Shown: positions 47,267 to 57,299 of the stretch, piece after piece | Numbering within the stretch: the first letter of the stretch is position 1 | How the letters are laid out: every line of letters begins with the position of its first letter | Source: Candidatus Poribacteria bacterium | GTDB lineage: Bacteria; Poribacteria; WGA-4E; GCA-2687025 | Reading direction: 5' to 3' | NCBI GenBank assembly: GCA_963665845.2 | Contig: OY762492.1 | Coordinates: forward strand, 2,112,001 to 2,176,000 | Length of the DNA: 64,000 nucleotides | The notes under the pieces: generated by a model | The model's database searches: none | Told to the model about the DNA's origin: nothing | What the model saw: the letters and a program-made list of their open reading frames with translations, nothing else | Program-made: the position numbers and the translations under genes

Positions 47267-48736
47267 ATGCGGTACCAAAACCTGAGCGATTTTGCGGCGG
47301 ACTTAGAAAAAAAAGGGCAGCTGATGCGGATAAAGGCGGAGGTTTCCCCCTATCTTGAAATCTCTGAAATCGCCGACAGGACGACGAAAGCGGGCGGACC
47401 GGCGCTTCTTTTTGAAAATGTGCGCGGCTCCGAGTTTCCGCTGATCATCAACACATACGGAACGATGGAGCGGCTCTGCATGGCGCTGGGCGTCGAGAAC
47501 ATTGAGGAGATTGCCGGCGAAATCGCCGAGATGATCCACATGGCGCCGCCCGAAGGGCTGATGGACAAGGTGAAAACGGCGGCAAGGCTCGCTAAAGTGG
47601 CCAAGTTTCCTCCCAAAACGATCCGCTCCGGTCCGTGTCAAGAGGCGGTCTCCACGGGGGAAGATGTCGATCTAAACGCGCTCCCGATCATCACCTGCTG
47701 GCCGCTGGACGCCGGCCCGTATATCACCTTCGGGCAGGTTTTCACAAAAAGCCTGCATACAGGGTCGCGCAATGTCGGCCTCTACCGCGTTCAGATTTTT
47801 TCCAAAAATGAAGCGGCGATGCACTGGCATATGCACCATGACGGCGCCGGGCATTACCGCGAATACGCCGCCGCGGGCAAACGCATGCCGCTCGCGGTCG
47901 CTGTCGGGGGCGATCCTGTTCTGCCGTATGCCGCGACGGCTCCGCTGCCGCATGCAATCGATGAGCTGCTGTTCGCCGGCTTTTTAAAGAAAGACCATGT
48001 TAAGCTTGTCAAGGCGAAGACGCTGACAACCGAACACGGCTACGACCATGACATTGAGGTTCCCGCCGAAGCCGACTTCGTCATTGAAGGGTATCTGGAG
48101 CCGGACGAGCTGGTCATGGAGGGTCCGTTTGGCGACCATACAGGCTTTTACTCGCTGGCGGATCTGTACCCGAAGTTTCATATTACGGCAATCACGCGGC
48201 GCAAAAACCCGATCTATCAGACGATCATCGTCGGAAAGCCGCCGCAGGAGGATCTTTCTCTCGGCAAGGCGACGGAGCGCATCTTTTTGCCGCTGCTGCG
48301 CACGCAGGTTCCGGAGATTGTCGACATGAACCTGCCCATCTTCGGCATCTTTCATAACTTCGTTTTTCTTGCCATCGACAAGCAATATCCGTGGCACGCC
48401 CGCAAGGTCATGAGCTCCGTCTGGGGCTTGGGTCAGATGATGTTCTCCAAGATCATCGTCGTCGTTGACAAGCATGTGAATGTTCAAAACGCGGACGAGG
48501 TCTGGTTCTATGTCGGCAGCAATGTGGACCCGAAGCGCGATATTATGTTTGTGGACGGACCGATCGACATTTTAGACCATGCCTCCGTCGGTCTCGGCTA
48601 CGGTTCCAAGATGGGCATCGACGCGACGAAAAAATGGGAGTCGGAAGGGTTCCGCCGCGAATGGCCCGACGAGATCGAAATGACGGAGGAGATCAAGCGC
48701 CAGGTGGACGAGCGCTGGAAAGAGTACGGATTTTGA
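47267..48736 (+). CDS. ubiD: UbiD-family decarboxylase (menaquinone/futalosine-type)
   Basis: GPALLFEN, RNVGLYR, EGPFGDHTGFY, GKPPQED, KMGIDATKK. Confidence 0.92.
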   Translation: MRYQNLSDFAADLEKKGQLMRIKAEVSPYLEISEIADRTTKAGGPALLFENVRGSEFPLIINTYGTMERLCMALGVENIEEIAGEIAEMIHMAPPEGLMDKVKTAARLAKVAKFPPKTIRSGPCQEAVSTGEDVDLNALPIITCWPLDAGPYITFGQVFTKSLHTGSRNVGLYRVQIFSKNEAAMHWHMHHDGAGHYREYAAAGKRMPLAVAVGGDPVLPYAATAPLPHAIDELLFAGFLKKDHVKLVKAKTLTTEHGYDHDIEVPAEADFVIEGYLEPDELVMEGPFGDHTGFYSLADLYPKFHITAITRRKNPIYQTIIVGKPPQEDLSLGKATERIFLPLLRTQVPEIVDMNLPIFGIFHNFVFLAIDKQYPWHARKVMSSVWGLGQMMFSKIIVVVDKHVNVQNADEVWFYVGSNVDPKRDIMFVDGPIDILDHASVGLGYGSKMGIDATKKWESEGFRREWPDEIEMTEEIKRQVDERWKEYGF

Positions 48737-49455
48737 CGCAGGAGCTGCCGACCGAGGAGGAGAAAAGCCGTTATATTCGGCGCATGTTTGCCGGCATCGC
48801 GCCGCGGTACGATCTTCTGAATCGGCTGTTGAGTTTGGGCATTGACCAGCGGTGGCGGAACTTCACGGCAAAGATGGCGGTGGACAATCCGCGCGGGCGT
48901 TATCTGGACGTCTGCTGCGGGACGGGCGATCTGGCTTTAGCGGTGCGCAAACGCGCCCCTGAAGCGTCCGTTATCGGCTCCGATTTTGTGATGGAGATGG
49001 TTGAGCGGGGGCGGGCGAAATCGGAGAAGCGGCGCGGGAACGGGTTCGCGCCTCTCCTGGCGGACGCGCTTCAGCTGCCGTTCGCGGACGATTCATTTGA
49101 CGGGGTGACGGTCGGTTTCGGCATTCGCAATGTGGCGAATGTAGAGCGCGGGATCGCCGAGATGGCGCGCGTGACGAAGCCCGGCGGGCGCGTCGCCGTT
49201 TTAGAATTCACGCAGCCGAAGGGGGCTTTATTGCGGAAGATGTATCTGTTGTATTTCACGCAGGCGCTGCCGCGCATCGGCAACGCGGTCTCCAAAAGCG
49301 ACATGAAAGCGTATTCGTATCTGCCGGCGTCTGTGGCGGCGTTTCCAGACGCGGAGGGGCTGGCGGAGATCATGCGCGCCGCGGGCCTCCCGGAGACGCG
49401 GTATTATCTGCGGACGTTCGGCATCGCCGCGGCGCATATCGGGGTGAAGGCATGA
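48733..49455 (+). CDS. menG: Demethylmenaquinone methyltransferase (UbiE/MenG)
   Basis: MFAGIAPRYDLLN, LDVCCGTGD, FGIRNV, EMARV.KPGG, YSYLPASV. TTG start overlaps the ubiD stop. Confidence 0.9.
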   Translation: MTQELPTEEEKSRYIRRMFAGIAPRYDLLNRLLSLGIDQRWRNFTAKMAVDNPRGRYLDVCCGTGDLALAVRKRAPEASVIGSDFVMEMVERGRAKSEKRRGNGFAPLLADALQLPFADDSFDGVTVGFGIRNVANVERGIAEMARVTKPGGRVAVLEFTQPKGALLRKMYLLYFTQALPRIGNAVSKSDMKAYSYLPASVAAFPDAEGLAEIMRAAGLPETRYYLRTFGIAAAHIGVKA

Positions 49456-50048
49456 GCGAACCGAAGCGGATCATCGTCGGCGTCACCGGGGCGAGCGGAG
49501 CGGTCTACGCCGAGCGCGCCCTGCAGATTCTGGCGAAGTCGGAGATCGAGACGCATCTGGCGGTTTCGTCCGCCGCGCGGTTGACCTTTTTAAAGGAGCG
49601 CGGGCGGGCGATTGATCCTGAACGTCTCGACATTGAGCAGATGATCGGAACGCCCGCGCCGAACATCGTCGTTCATGACACGCGCAATATCGGCGCCTCG
49701 ATTGCCAGCGGCAGCTTCAGGACGATGGGCATGGCCGTTTTGCCGTGCAGCATGGGTACGGTCGGCGCGCTGGCGGCGGGCTTGTCGTTGAACTTGATAC
49801 ACCGCGCCGCGTCGGTTTGTCTCAAGGAGCGGCGGAAGCTGGTCATTGTGCCGCGCGAGACGCCGTTGAGTACGATTCATCTGGAGAATATGACGCGGCT
49901 GTCGCGCATGGGCGCGACCGTTTTGCCGGCGATGCCCGGCTTTTACCATCAACCGAAAACGCTGGACGATCAGATCGACTTTGTTCTGGCAAGGCTGTTT
50001 GATCAGTTCGACCTGGATTTTGACCTGATGAGACGGTGGGAAGGTTAG
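49452..50048 (+). CDS. ubiX: Flavin prenyltransferase
   Basis: GVTGASG, IASGS, PCSMGT, LKERRKL, PRETP, PGFYH. Confidence 0.94.
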   Translation: MSEPKRIIVGVTGASGAVYAERALQILAKSEIETHLAVSSAARLTFLKERGRAIDPERLDIEQMIGTPAPNIVVHDTRNIGASIASGSFRTMGMAVLPCSMGTVGALAAGLSLNLIHRAASVCLKERRKLVIVPRETPLSTIHLENMTRLSRMGATVLPAMPGFYHQPKTLDDQIDFVLARLFDQFDLDFDLMRRWEG

Positions 50049-50049
50049 C

Positions 50050-50385
50050 CGCCCCATAGCCCTCCCCCGCGTCCGCGAGGACATGCATTCCCGCCCTTGC
50101 GGTAAAACGTGCGGGAATCCAGAGGCGAACCCGAAACCATTTGCTGTCTGAACTAAGATTTGCATGATTGAAAAGATTGTCAGGAAAATTGCCGAAAACC
50201 GACACGCCGTCCACGAAATGCCCGCATCTCCAAATCTTGAAAATCCTATAAATCCTGAAAATCTTAGTTCAAAACCCAGCGCAACCAGCGCCGCTCCCTC
50301 TCCTCGTTCCCCGCTTCCGCGAGGACATGCATTCCCGCGCAAGCGGGAATCAGAAGTCTAGGCCGCTTCTGATTCCCGCCGCAAA
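50050..50385. repeat. Mosaic REP/MITE cluster between convergent genes
   Basis: Expanded-loop ATTCCC..GGGAAT, GTCTGAACTAAGAT...ATCTTAGTTCA module, second REP. Confidence 0.85.
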
Positions 50386-50400
50386 AGCGGGATCTCCCGC

Positions 50401-51636
50401 TTAAAAAAGAAGTCGTCCGCCCGCCAAGAAGCGATGCCCCGTCCGCGATTCGTTCAGGTCGTCGCCGCTGCGCTCCCATGCGCTGAACTCGTACGCCAGA
50501 TCCAAAAAGGCGGCGCGCCCCATCGGAAGGCCCGCCCCCATCGACAGCGCCAGCGGCGCCCTGTCATACGATTTCCAGTCGGACGACAACTTCGGCGACC
50601 CGAAGCGCAAGCCGCCCCGCAGCGCGATGTCGTTTTCAAACCAATGCTCCGCGCCCAGCTTCAGCTCCGTCTCGTTCTGATACAGCGTCTCGAACTGATC
50701 CGCGTCCACATCCTTAGCGGGGGCGGTGGAGTAGCGCGCGTCTGTCCAGCGCGCATGCCGTATCGCGCCCGAAATGCGCCAGCGGTACAGTTTCAGCGCC
50801 GATCCGATCTCGATCTCAAGCGGGATATGGAAATCGTACTTGATAAGCCCGCTGTTTCCGGAGCCGGCGTTGTCCCTGTCTCTGGATCGGTCCACCTGCG
50901 ACCAGTCTTCGCGTATGTCGACATCCGCCGGCAGATGCGCCGACGCGCCAAACAGGATGATCGGCGTCAAGCCGACTTCGGCGCCCAGTTTGAGCCGCGT
51001 CGCTGAAATATCGCGGCGTATGTCGTCCAGGTAGGTGTCGCCCGCTTCATAGCGGATATGCCGATCCCGCGCCCCGTCCCATTGGTTGAGCGCGATGCCG
51101 ACCCGAACGCCCCTTGCCACCTCAAACCCGGCGCCGAGCGAGAGCGCATGCACATTGCCGTCCGTCTCGATCTCTTCCCGTATCGCCGACCCGGCGAGCT
51201 GCCCAAGCGTTTCGACGCCTTCAACAAGCGAACGCCCCGAAAGACCGCGCGAATGCTGATAAGACGCCGCGACGCCGAGCCACGGAAACTCATAAAACCG
51301 ATGCGCGATTCCGATATGTCCAAAACGAACGTCCGACCAGGACGAGGACGCTGTCGGACTGGTTCCGAGCTGCGTTTCCAGACTGCCGCCGTTGTAAAAA
51401 AGGGAGCCTGAAACCTCCGAATAAGCGAGCGCCGCCAGTCCCGCGGGGTTGGTCGACAGCGCGTCCAGCCCCCTCGCCCGCGCGACGGTGGAGCCTGCGA
51501 GCGCGGCAGACCGCACATCGATGGTTCGCCCGTCCGCCGCTAGATTTTCCTCCAAAGGTACCGATTCCGCCGAAGCCCCGACCGCCAACGCCCATGCCGC
51601 CAGCGCCGCCGCGCACATCCTTGCCGCTTTATGCAT
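50401..51636 (-). CDS. Outer-membrane beta-barrel, FadL/OmpP1-like
   Basis: Signal peptide, NPAGLA motif, amphipathic strands, C-terminal Phe. Confidence 0.78.
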   Translation of the reverse strand: MHKAARMCAAALAAWALAVGASAESVPLEENLAADGRTIDVRSAALAGSTVARARGLDALSTNPAGLAALAYSEVSGSLFYNGGSLETQLGTSPTASSSWSDVRFGHIGIAHRFYEFPWLGVAASYQHSRGLSGRSLVEGVETLGQLAGSAIREEIETDGNVHALSLGAGFEVARGVRVGIALNQWDGARDRHIRYEAGDTYLDDIRRDISATRLKLGAEVGLTPIILFGASAHLPADVDIREDWSQVDRSRDRDNAGSGNSGLIKYDFHIPLEIEIGSALKLYRWRISGAIRHARWTDARYSTAPAKDVDADQFETLYQNETELKLGAEHWFENDIALRGGLRFGSPKLSSDWKSYDRAPLALSMGAGLPMGRAAFLDLAYEFSAWERSGDDLNESRTGHRFLAGGRLLF

Positions 51637-51819
51637 ATGCCGCCTCCCGCCATGTTGACCGCTTCCGTTCCGATTGCCATTATAACGTTTTACCGCGCAG
51701 AATTGTTTACAAACGCGCTTTCGGATATGATACTCATGAGCGGGCGGCGCGGAAATCCCTTGAAGCTGACCTTAAGGCTTTAGTTGGGACATTCCGCCTG
51801 GCGAACGCGGACCTTGTTT

Positions 51820-51931
51820 GCGGCGCCTCTAGATTCCCGCTTACGCGGGAATGACGTCTGGTTTGGCGGCGCCTTTTCCCAAGAGTAAAGCTTTGTTTGT
51901 TCAACTGTTCCAACTTTAGGCATGAGGTCGG
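51820..51931. repeat. REP cluster in the leader of the kinase-nuclease-helicase gene
   Basis: GATTCCCGCTTACGCGGGAATGAC plus an inverted copy of the 4384/44715 module. Confidence 0.8.
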
Positions 51932-51942
51932 TTGGAGGTTTT

Positions 51943-54900
51943 ATGAAACGAGCCAGAGGCGAATGGCTCAAAAGCGGACGGCTGCAGCTGGAGGCGCCGC
52001 TGGGCGAAGGCGCCTTCGGCGAAGTGTGGAAAGCGGTCGAGTATATCGGCTTCGGGCAGCGGGGCGAACTGGTGCGCCTTCGGGAAGCCGCCGTCAAATG
52101 CCTTCCGCCGCTGCATGACGAACGGGACGGCCCGCGCGTCATACAGGAGGCGCAGGGGCTGGCGGAACTTCAACATGAATCGATCCTTCGGCTTTACGAC
52201 GCCTTCGCCGACGCGGACGGAACCTATCTCGTTACCGAGCTGGCGACGGAGGGGCATCTCTGGCAGCACTTCGACGGCTCCGTTCCGACCGAGTCGGAGC
52301 TTCGGGAGCTGCTGTTTGCGGTCGGGCGCGGGCTGAATTATCTCCATGAGCAGGGGTATGTGCATGGCGATCTGAAGCCTGAAAACATTTTGGTCTCGGA
52401 GGGGCAGGATTACCAGCCGCGGTATCTGATTGCCGATTTTGGGCTGCGTTCGCTGATCGGAAGCCGGCATTTTCAAGGCACGGCGCCGTATATCGCCCCG
52501 GAGGCGTACTCCGCCAACGCGGGAGTCTTCACCGAACGCTCCGATGTGTACGCGCTCGGCGTCCTGCTGTATGAGGTTGCCAGCGGGTCGCGCCTCGCCG
52601 ACGCGCTTTCCGACAGCGAATTCGACGCCCTGCGCCAACGCAAACCGAACATGGACATCTTCAACGCGGCGATGGAACGCATCCGCGGGACGGTTCAAAA
52701 GATGCAGTGGCGCTCGCTGCAGCTGCCCTCCTTCTTGGGAACGATCCTGCAGTTTTGCCTGGACCCCAACCCGGATCGGCGCCCGTCGGCATGGGGGCTG
52801 ATGGAGCTGTGGGCGGCGTTCAGCAGGTCGCAAAGCGGCGTTCTGCAGATTGATCAAGAAGGCTCCGTTCAAAAGCCGGCGACCTACAAGGCTCCGTTCG
52901 CGCGCGTCGTCGACATCGAAGAAGACCTGACGAACCCGTATGGAACGGAGGCATGCGCCGCGCGGCTTGCCGCCGAAGACGGAGAATTCATGACCGTCTC
53001 CATCGACCGCGGCGTCAACCTGCCGATGTTTCAGGCGGTGGAACAGCTTAAAAACAGGGTGTCGGAACGCCCCGCTCTCGTATCGTTTTACAATCTGGAG
53101 CCGCTGGACATTGACCAGATGCGCTTCTCGGCGACGCGCAGCAGCTACGCCGTTGTGGAGCCGCTGCGCCTCATCGACGTGACCGAATTGAGCCAGAGCG
53201 CTTTTTGCCACCGCTCCTCGCTTCACCGCATTGCGGGGACGGGCGTTCAGTTGAGCGAGCCTCTCATGCGCGGTCAGGTTGCGCATGCGCTTTTTGCGGA
53301 CATGCTGCTGAATGCGCGGGTCGATTTTGACGAGGCATGGGAGGCGCGCCGCCCTGGCTGGAGCCTCGACTTTGCCTATCTGTTTGAAGACGACGCGCAG
53401 CTGGAGCGGTTTAAAAAGGAGGCGCGCCGCCATTTTGACAACATCAAAAAGGCGCTGCATGAGGAGCCAGCCTGGTACAGCCCGCGCCGTCATGTGGAGT
53501 CGATGCGCTGGTCGGCGGAGTTGGGTTTGCTGGGTCGGGTGGACGCTTTTTTCTTGGCTGAAGGCGGACGCGCGGCGGTGTATGAGCTGAAGGCGGGGCG
53601 CGTCGACAGCGGGGATGTGTTTCAGCTGCAGGCGTACGCGGCGATGTTGAGCGAGGATATGCGCGCCGCCGGGCGCCGTCCAGGAGAAACGGCGTCTCTT
53701 CGCGCGCGTCTTCTGTCGAGCGCGGACGGGCGCATGCGCGGCGCCTCTCCCGCGCCGAGGGCGAAGCTTGCCGCCGCTCGAAATCAAGCCGCGCATCTGC
53801 GCGAGCAGCTGATGGAGCCGCGACGCGCGGACGATCCTCTCCCGCCCGACTACCCGTTTTTCGGATACCATCCCGCAAAATGCAGCCACTGCTCAACCCA
53901 TTACCGGTTTCTTCATCAGGCATGCGAACGTTCAACGGCGCTGTTCGGCGAACGCGGCGACCTGGACAAGCCCGCCTTGACTCCCCTTGAACAGGACTAT
54001 TTCTGGCATGGCATCCGTCTCGCTCTCATCGAAGAGGAGGCGGTGCGGCGTCAGTATCTGCAGCCGCTTTTGAGCGCCATGCAGGCGCCCGGCAGCTTGA
54101 TGGAGGTAGAGATTCCGCGCGGAGAGCGGCGCATCGAAGGGGCGCGCCTGGCGAACCGCCAAGACTCGCGGCTTGAGTTTCAGTTTGAACCGGGCATGGC
54201 GGAATTCAAGGAGGGGGACGAGGCGATTGCGCACCGCGGCGACCTTCGCCGCTGGCATGAAACGATGCGCGGCACGGTCGCCGAGGCGTCCGGCGGGACG
54301 CTGGTCGTTGAAACGCATGAAGCGCGCGCCTTTCAAGACGCCGCCGACCTGCCGAAAGACGGCTGGGTCGTGGAACGGTTCCCGCGCTTCTACCGCTCCG
54401 ATCTGCTCCGCCGGGCGCTTTATCGGTTCATATCGTCGCGCAACGAGGCGATGAAAACGCTCGTTCTGGAGGGGCTTATGCCGAAGCGTCAGGGGCTGCT
54501 TTTCTCGGCGGCAAAGCCGGACGCCCTGCGCCTTTCGATGAAAAACCGCCTGAACGCGCAGCAGAGCGCCGCCCTGTTGAGCGGACTGGACGAGAACGGC
54601 TTTTTGTCGATCACCGGACCGCCCGGAACCGGCAAAACGATGACGATACACGCCATCATCGAGACGCATGTTCGGCAGAACGCGCGCGTCCTCGCCGCCG
54701 CCGTGACAAACAACGCCATCGACAACATCGTGGAGCGGTGGATCGAAAGCGGGCATGGCGCCGCCGGTTTTGAGCCGTTTTTCCGCTTTGGGCTTCACTC
54801 CTCTATGACCGATCAATTCAAAGAAAGCTTGAAACGGCTCAACGTTGACGGACGGCGCATGTTTGCGAAGGAGGCGGGCGCCGCGTTTGACAGCCTCGCC

Positions 54901-55902
54901 GAACTGCGCGCGCATTTAGAGTCGACGCGGCTGCTTCTCGGCACGGCGCATTCGCTGCTGGAGTCGCCATGGGTCGCTCAAGAAAACCCGGACGGCTCCC
55001 CCCCGTTCGACCTTGTCATCGTGGACGAGGCGACGCAGATGCCCGAGCCGCTCGCGGCGGCGCTGTTGACGCTCGGCAAAAAGGCGATCCTGGTCGGCGA
55101 CGAGGAGCAGCTCGGGCCGGTCTGCCTTTCGTCGTTTGACGCGCGGCATGCGGAGATGCCGGAGTCGCTGCGGGAAATCGGAATATCGGGGCTGGACAAG
55201 TCGCTGTTTGAGCGGTTGAACGCGCTTTTGAAGGAGCGCGGCGGCGAGGAGGGGCTGGTCTTTCTCTCGCGCCAGTATCGAATGCATCCCGCTATCAGCG
55301 AGTGGGCGTCCGAACAGTTTTACGGCGGACGCCTGGAGACCGCGGACGAAGCGCAAGCCCGCCTCCCAGAGCTGGAACGGGCGGCGGAGCAGCCGGGGTG
55401 GGAACTCCTGGCGCGCGTCTTGGACCCGTCCAGCCCGTTCGTGTTTTTAGACATACCGGGCGGAAGCGGGGACATCCCCAACATGAACAAAAAAGAGGCG
55501 GAGATTGCCGCCCTGCTGACGCTCGCCATGTCGCGCCTCGGCATGAACGATGTCGGATGCATCACGCCGTACCGGAACCAGCAGGCGGAACTGCGCCGTC
55601 AGCTGCGCCGTTTCAACCTGTCCGCGGAATGCGGCACGGTGGACGCTTTCCAGGGGCGTGAAAAGACGGTGGTTATTTTGTCAACAGCGCGGCGCGACAG
55701 GCTCACCTCTTTTCTGGGCGAAAGGCGGCGGCTGAATGTGAGCGTCACCCGCGCGCGCCGAAAATGCGTCATACTCGGAAGCCTCGCCGTCTTGAGAGAC
55801 CACCCGCTGCTATGGCGGCTCGCCGAAAGGGAAGATTGCCGGCGCGAACGGGCGGAGCCGTCCGACCTGCGCCGAGAACTTGGACTGGAGCCGAACGCAT
55901 GA
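51943..55902 (+). CDS. Ser/Thr kinase fused to a Dna2-like Fe-S PD-(D/E)XK nuclease and an SF1 (Upf1/Dna2-like) helicase
   Basis: Kinase: GEGAFGEV, AAVK, HGDLKPEN, DFG, APE, SDVYALG. Nuclease: FC, H, E..WS..GL.GRVD, YELKAG, QLQAY, CSHC..C. Helicase: GPPGTGKT, DEATQ, VGD..QL.P, QYRMHP, ITPY, TVDAFQGRE, RLNVSVTRAR. GGAGG RBS precedes ATG 51943. Confidence 0.92.
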   Translation: MKRARGEWLKSGRLQLEAPLGEGAFGEVWKAVEYIGFGQRGELVRLREAAVKCLPPLHDERDGPRVIQEAQGLAELQHESILRLYDAFADADGTYLVTELATEGHLWQHFDGSVPTESELRELLFAVGRGLNYLHEQGYVHGDLKPENILVSEGQDYQPRYLIADFGLRSLIGSRHFQGTAPYIAPEAYSANAGVFTERSDVYALGVLLYEVASGSRLADALSDSEFDALRQRKPNMDIFNAAMERIRGTVQKMQWRSLQLPSFLGTILQFCLDPNPDRRPSAWGLMELWAAFSRSQSGVLQIDQEGSVQKPATYKAPFARVVDIEEDLTNPYGTEACAARLAAEDGEFMTVSIDRGVNLPMFQAVEQLKNRVSERPALVSFYNLEPLDIDQMRFSATRSSYAVVEPLRLIDVTELSQSAFCHRSSLHRIAGTGVQLSEPLMRGQVAHALFADMLLNARVDFDEAWEARRPGWSLDFAYLFEDDAQLERFKKEARRHFDNIKKALHEEPAWYSPRRHVESMRWSAELGLLGRVDAFFLAEGGRAAVYELKAGRVDSGDVFQLQAYAAMLSEDMRAAGRRPGETASLRARLLSSADGRMRGASPAPRAKLAAARNQAAHLREQLMEPRRADDPLPPDYPFFGYHPAKCSHCSTHYRFLHQACERSTALFGERGDLDKPALTPLEQDYFWHGIRLALIEEEAVRRQYLQPLLSAMQAPGSLMEVEIPRGERRIEGARLANRQDSRLEFQFEPGMAEFKEGDEAIAHRGDLRRWHETMRGTVAEASGGTLVVETHEARAFQDAADLPKDGWVVERFPRFYRSDLLRRALYRFISSRNEAMKTLVLEGLMPKRQGLLFSAAKPDALRLSMKNRLNAQQSAALLSGLDENGFLSITGPPGTGKTMTIHAIIETHVRQNARVLAAAVTNNAIDNIVERWIESGHGAAGFEPFFRFGLHSSMTDQFKESLKRLNVDGRRMFAKEAGAAFDSLAELRAHLESTRLLLGTAHSLLESPWVAQENPDGSPPFDLVIVDEATQMPEPLAAALLTLGKKAILVGDEEQLGPVCLSSFDARHAEMPESLREIGISGLDKSLFERLNALLKERGGEEGLVFLSRQYRMHPAISEWASEQFYGGRLETADEAQARLPELERAAEQPGWELLARVLDPSSPFVFLDIPGGSGDIPNMNKKEAEIAALLTLAMSRLGMNDVGCITPYRNQQAELRRQLRRFNLSAECGTVDAFQGREKTVVILSTARRDRLTSFLGERRRLNVSVTRARRKCVILGSLAVLRDHPLLWRLAEREDCRRERAEPSDLRRELGLEPNA

Positions 55903-56411
55903 CGAAGTGGTGGATTCTGCTGGCGGCGGCCGCTGTCGCCGAGATCTCCTTCGGCGTCTATATCTGGTCGTACCGCCCCGCGCCGCCGACCGAAGCGGTT
56001 TATGCGTCCATGGAGGCGGCGCAGGAGTCGGACCTGGACGCGCTGGACGCCGTTCTCCGCGCGAGAGGCGCCGCGTCCAACCCGCGCGCCGTCTGGACAT
56101 CCTATATCGGCGCGTTATACATGGAAGAATATGAGGCGGCGTACAGCATGTTGTCGCGGCGTTCGCGGGCGGCGTTTGAGGCGGCGGGCGGTGTTGACCT
56201 GTTTAAAAAAACGCGCCGCGCCGACCCGACCCGCTTCGATCTCGGCAAAACATTGACGCTGGCGCAGGAGGAGAAAACGGCGCTCATCGCCGCGCGTGAG
56301 TATGATTCCCATGCATGGATCAAGGCGCGCCTGCGGCAAGAAGGCGGACAATGGCGCATCGAAACGCGCCCCTCGCCCGACAAGAAGCGCGCCGTTTATC
56401 CTTACCGCTAA
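55899..56411 (+). CDS. Single-TM hypothetical protein, possibly with an NTF2-like domain
   Basis: ATGA-coupled to the upstream gene. N-terminal TM, then YEAAYSMLS and L.QEGGQWRI. Confidence 0.72.
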   Translation: MTKWWILLAAAAVAEISFGVYIWSYRPAPPTEAVYASMEAAQESDLDALDAVLRARGAASNPRAVWTSYIGALYMEEYEAAYSMLSRRSRAAFEAAGGVDLFKKTRRADPTRFDLGKTLTLAQEEKTALIAAREYDSHAWIKARLRQEGGQWRIETRPSPDKKRAVYPYR

Positions 56412-56424
56412 AACGCCCGCCGAC

Positions 56425-57261
56425 TCACAGACTTAGACGCTCGCCGCATTTTAAGACGCGGTACGGCTGCCCGATGCGTTCGCATTCGTCCGCGAATTTG
56501 CTAGGCGAAACCGTATTGAACTCAAACATATCGTAATGGCATGGGACGGCGAGCGACGCGCCCGTCTCTCGGCTAAGGCGCGCCGCCTCGACGCCGGACA
56601 GGTTCCCGGCGACGCGCCGAGCAGGGTTCCTCCCGTTGATGGGGAGCAGCGCCGCGTCGATACGCCAACCGCTGAGCCAATCAAGCATGCCGTCGTATAG
56701 AACCGTGTCGCCGCTGTGGTAGACAACTTTGCCGCCCGCTTCGATCACATAGCCCAGATGCGTATATCTGCCGTCCGCGTCCGTTTCGAGCGTCTCATGG
56801 GCGGCGGGGACGGCGTGTATTCGGAAGCCCGCCGCGTCCGCTGTTTTGCCGGCGTCGATGCCTGTTAGCCGTTCGGGCGGGCATTGAAGCCGTTCGGCGG
56901 CGAAGGCGCGGTTCGCTTCAGGGACGATGACGCGCAGCCCCGCGTTGACGCGCATGAGCGGCAGAAGCGTCTCCGCGTCCAGATGGTCGGTGTGGTTATG
57001 GCTGGATGTTACGGCGTCGATGAAGTTGAGCCGCGCGGGGTTGATAGCCCGCTCGGTCATGCGGACATGCGGCTTGTCGGTCTGGGCGTATTTTTTGGTG
57101 AGCGAGTCGGACAGGTACGGGTCGATGAGCAGGCGCGATCCGCCCGCTTGGAGCAGATACCCGCTCTGCCCAAGCCACCACAGGTGGAGGTTGCCGCCGC
57201 CGCGGTTCGCGTCTCGTATGTCGTTTAAAAGGGCGTCGTCTTTCAGATGCGGCTTGATCAT
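56425..57261 (-). CDS. MBL-fold metallo-hydrolase (UlaG-like)
   Basis: WWLGQSG, IDPYLS, SHNHTDHLD, YHSGDT, LPING, PCHYDMF. GGAGG RBS before ATG 57261. Confidence 0.9.
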   Translation of the reverse strand: MIKPHLKDDALLNDIRDANRGGGNLHLWWLGQSGYLLQAGGSRLLIDPYLSDSLTKKYAQTDKPHVRMTERAINPARLNFIDAVTSSHNHTDHLDAETLLPLMRVNAGLRVIVPEANRAFAAERLQCPPERLTGIDAGKTADAAGFRIHAVPAAHETLETDADGRYTHLGYVIEAGGKVVYHSGDTVLYDGMLDWLSGWRIDAALLPINGRNPARRVAGNLSGVEAARLSRETGASLAVPCHYDMFEFNTVSPSKFADECERIGQPYRVLKCGERLSL

Positions 57262-57299
57262 ACAGCCTCCTGTTGACGGGCATGTTACAGGACGCCGCC

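Noticed and set aside
51916-53889. 657-aa minus-strand ORF
   Set aside because: Antisense shadow of the kinase-Dna2 gene with no motifs; expected in GC-rich DNA.
53170-53930. cas4 gene
   Set aside because: The Cas4-like fold is an internal domain of a kinase-nuclease-helicase fusion with Dna2-type motifs, and there is no CRISPR context.
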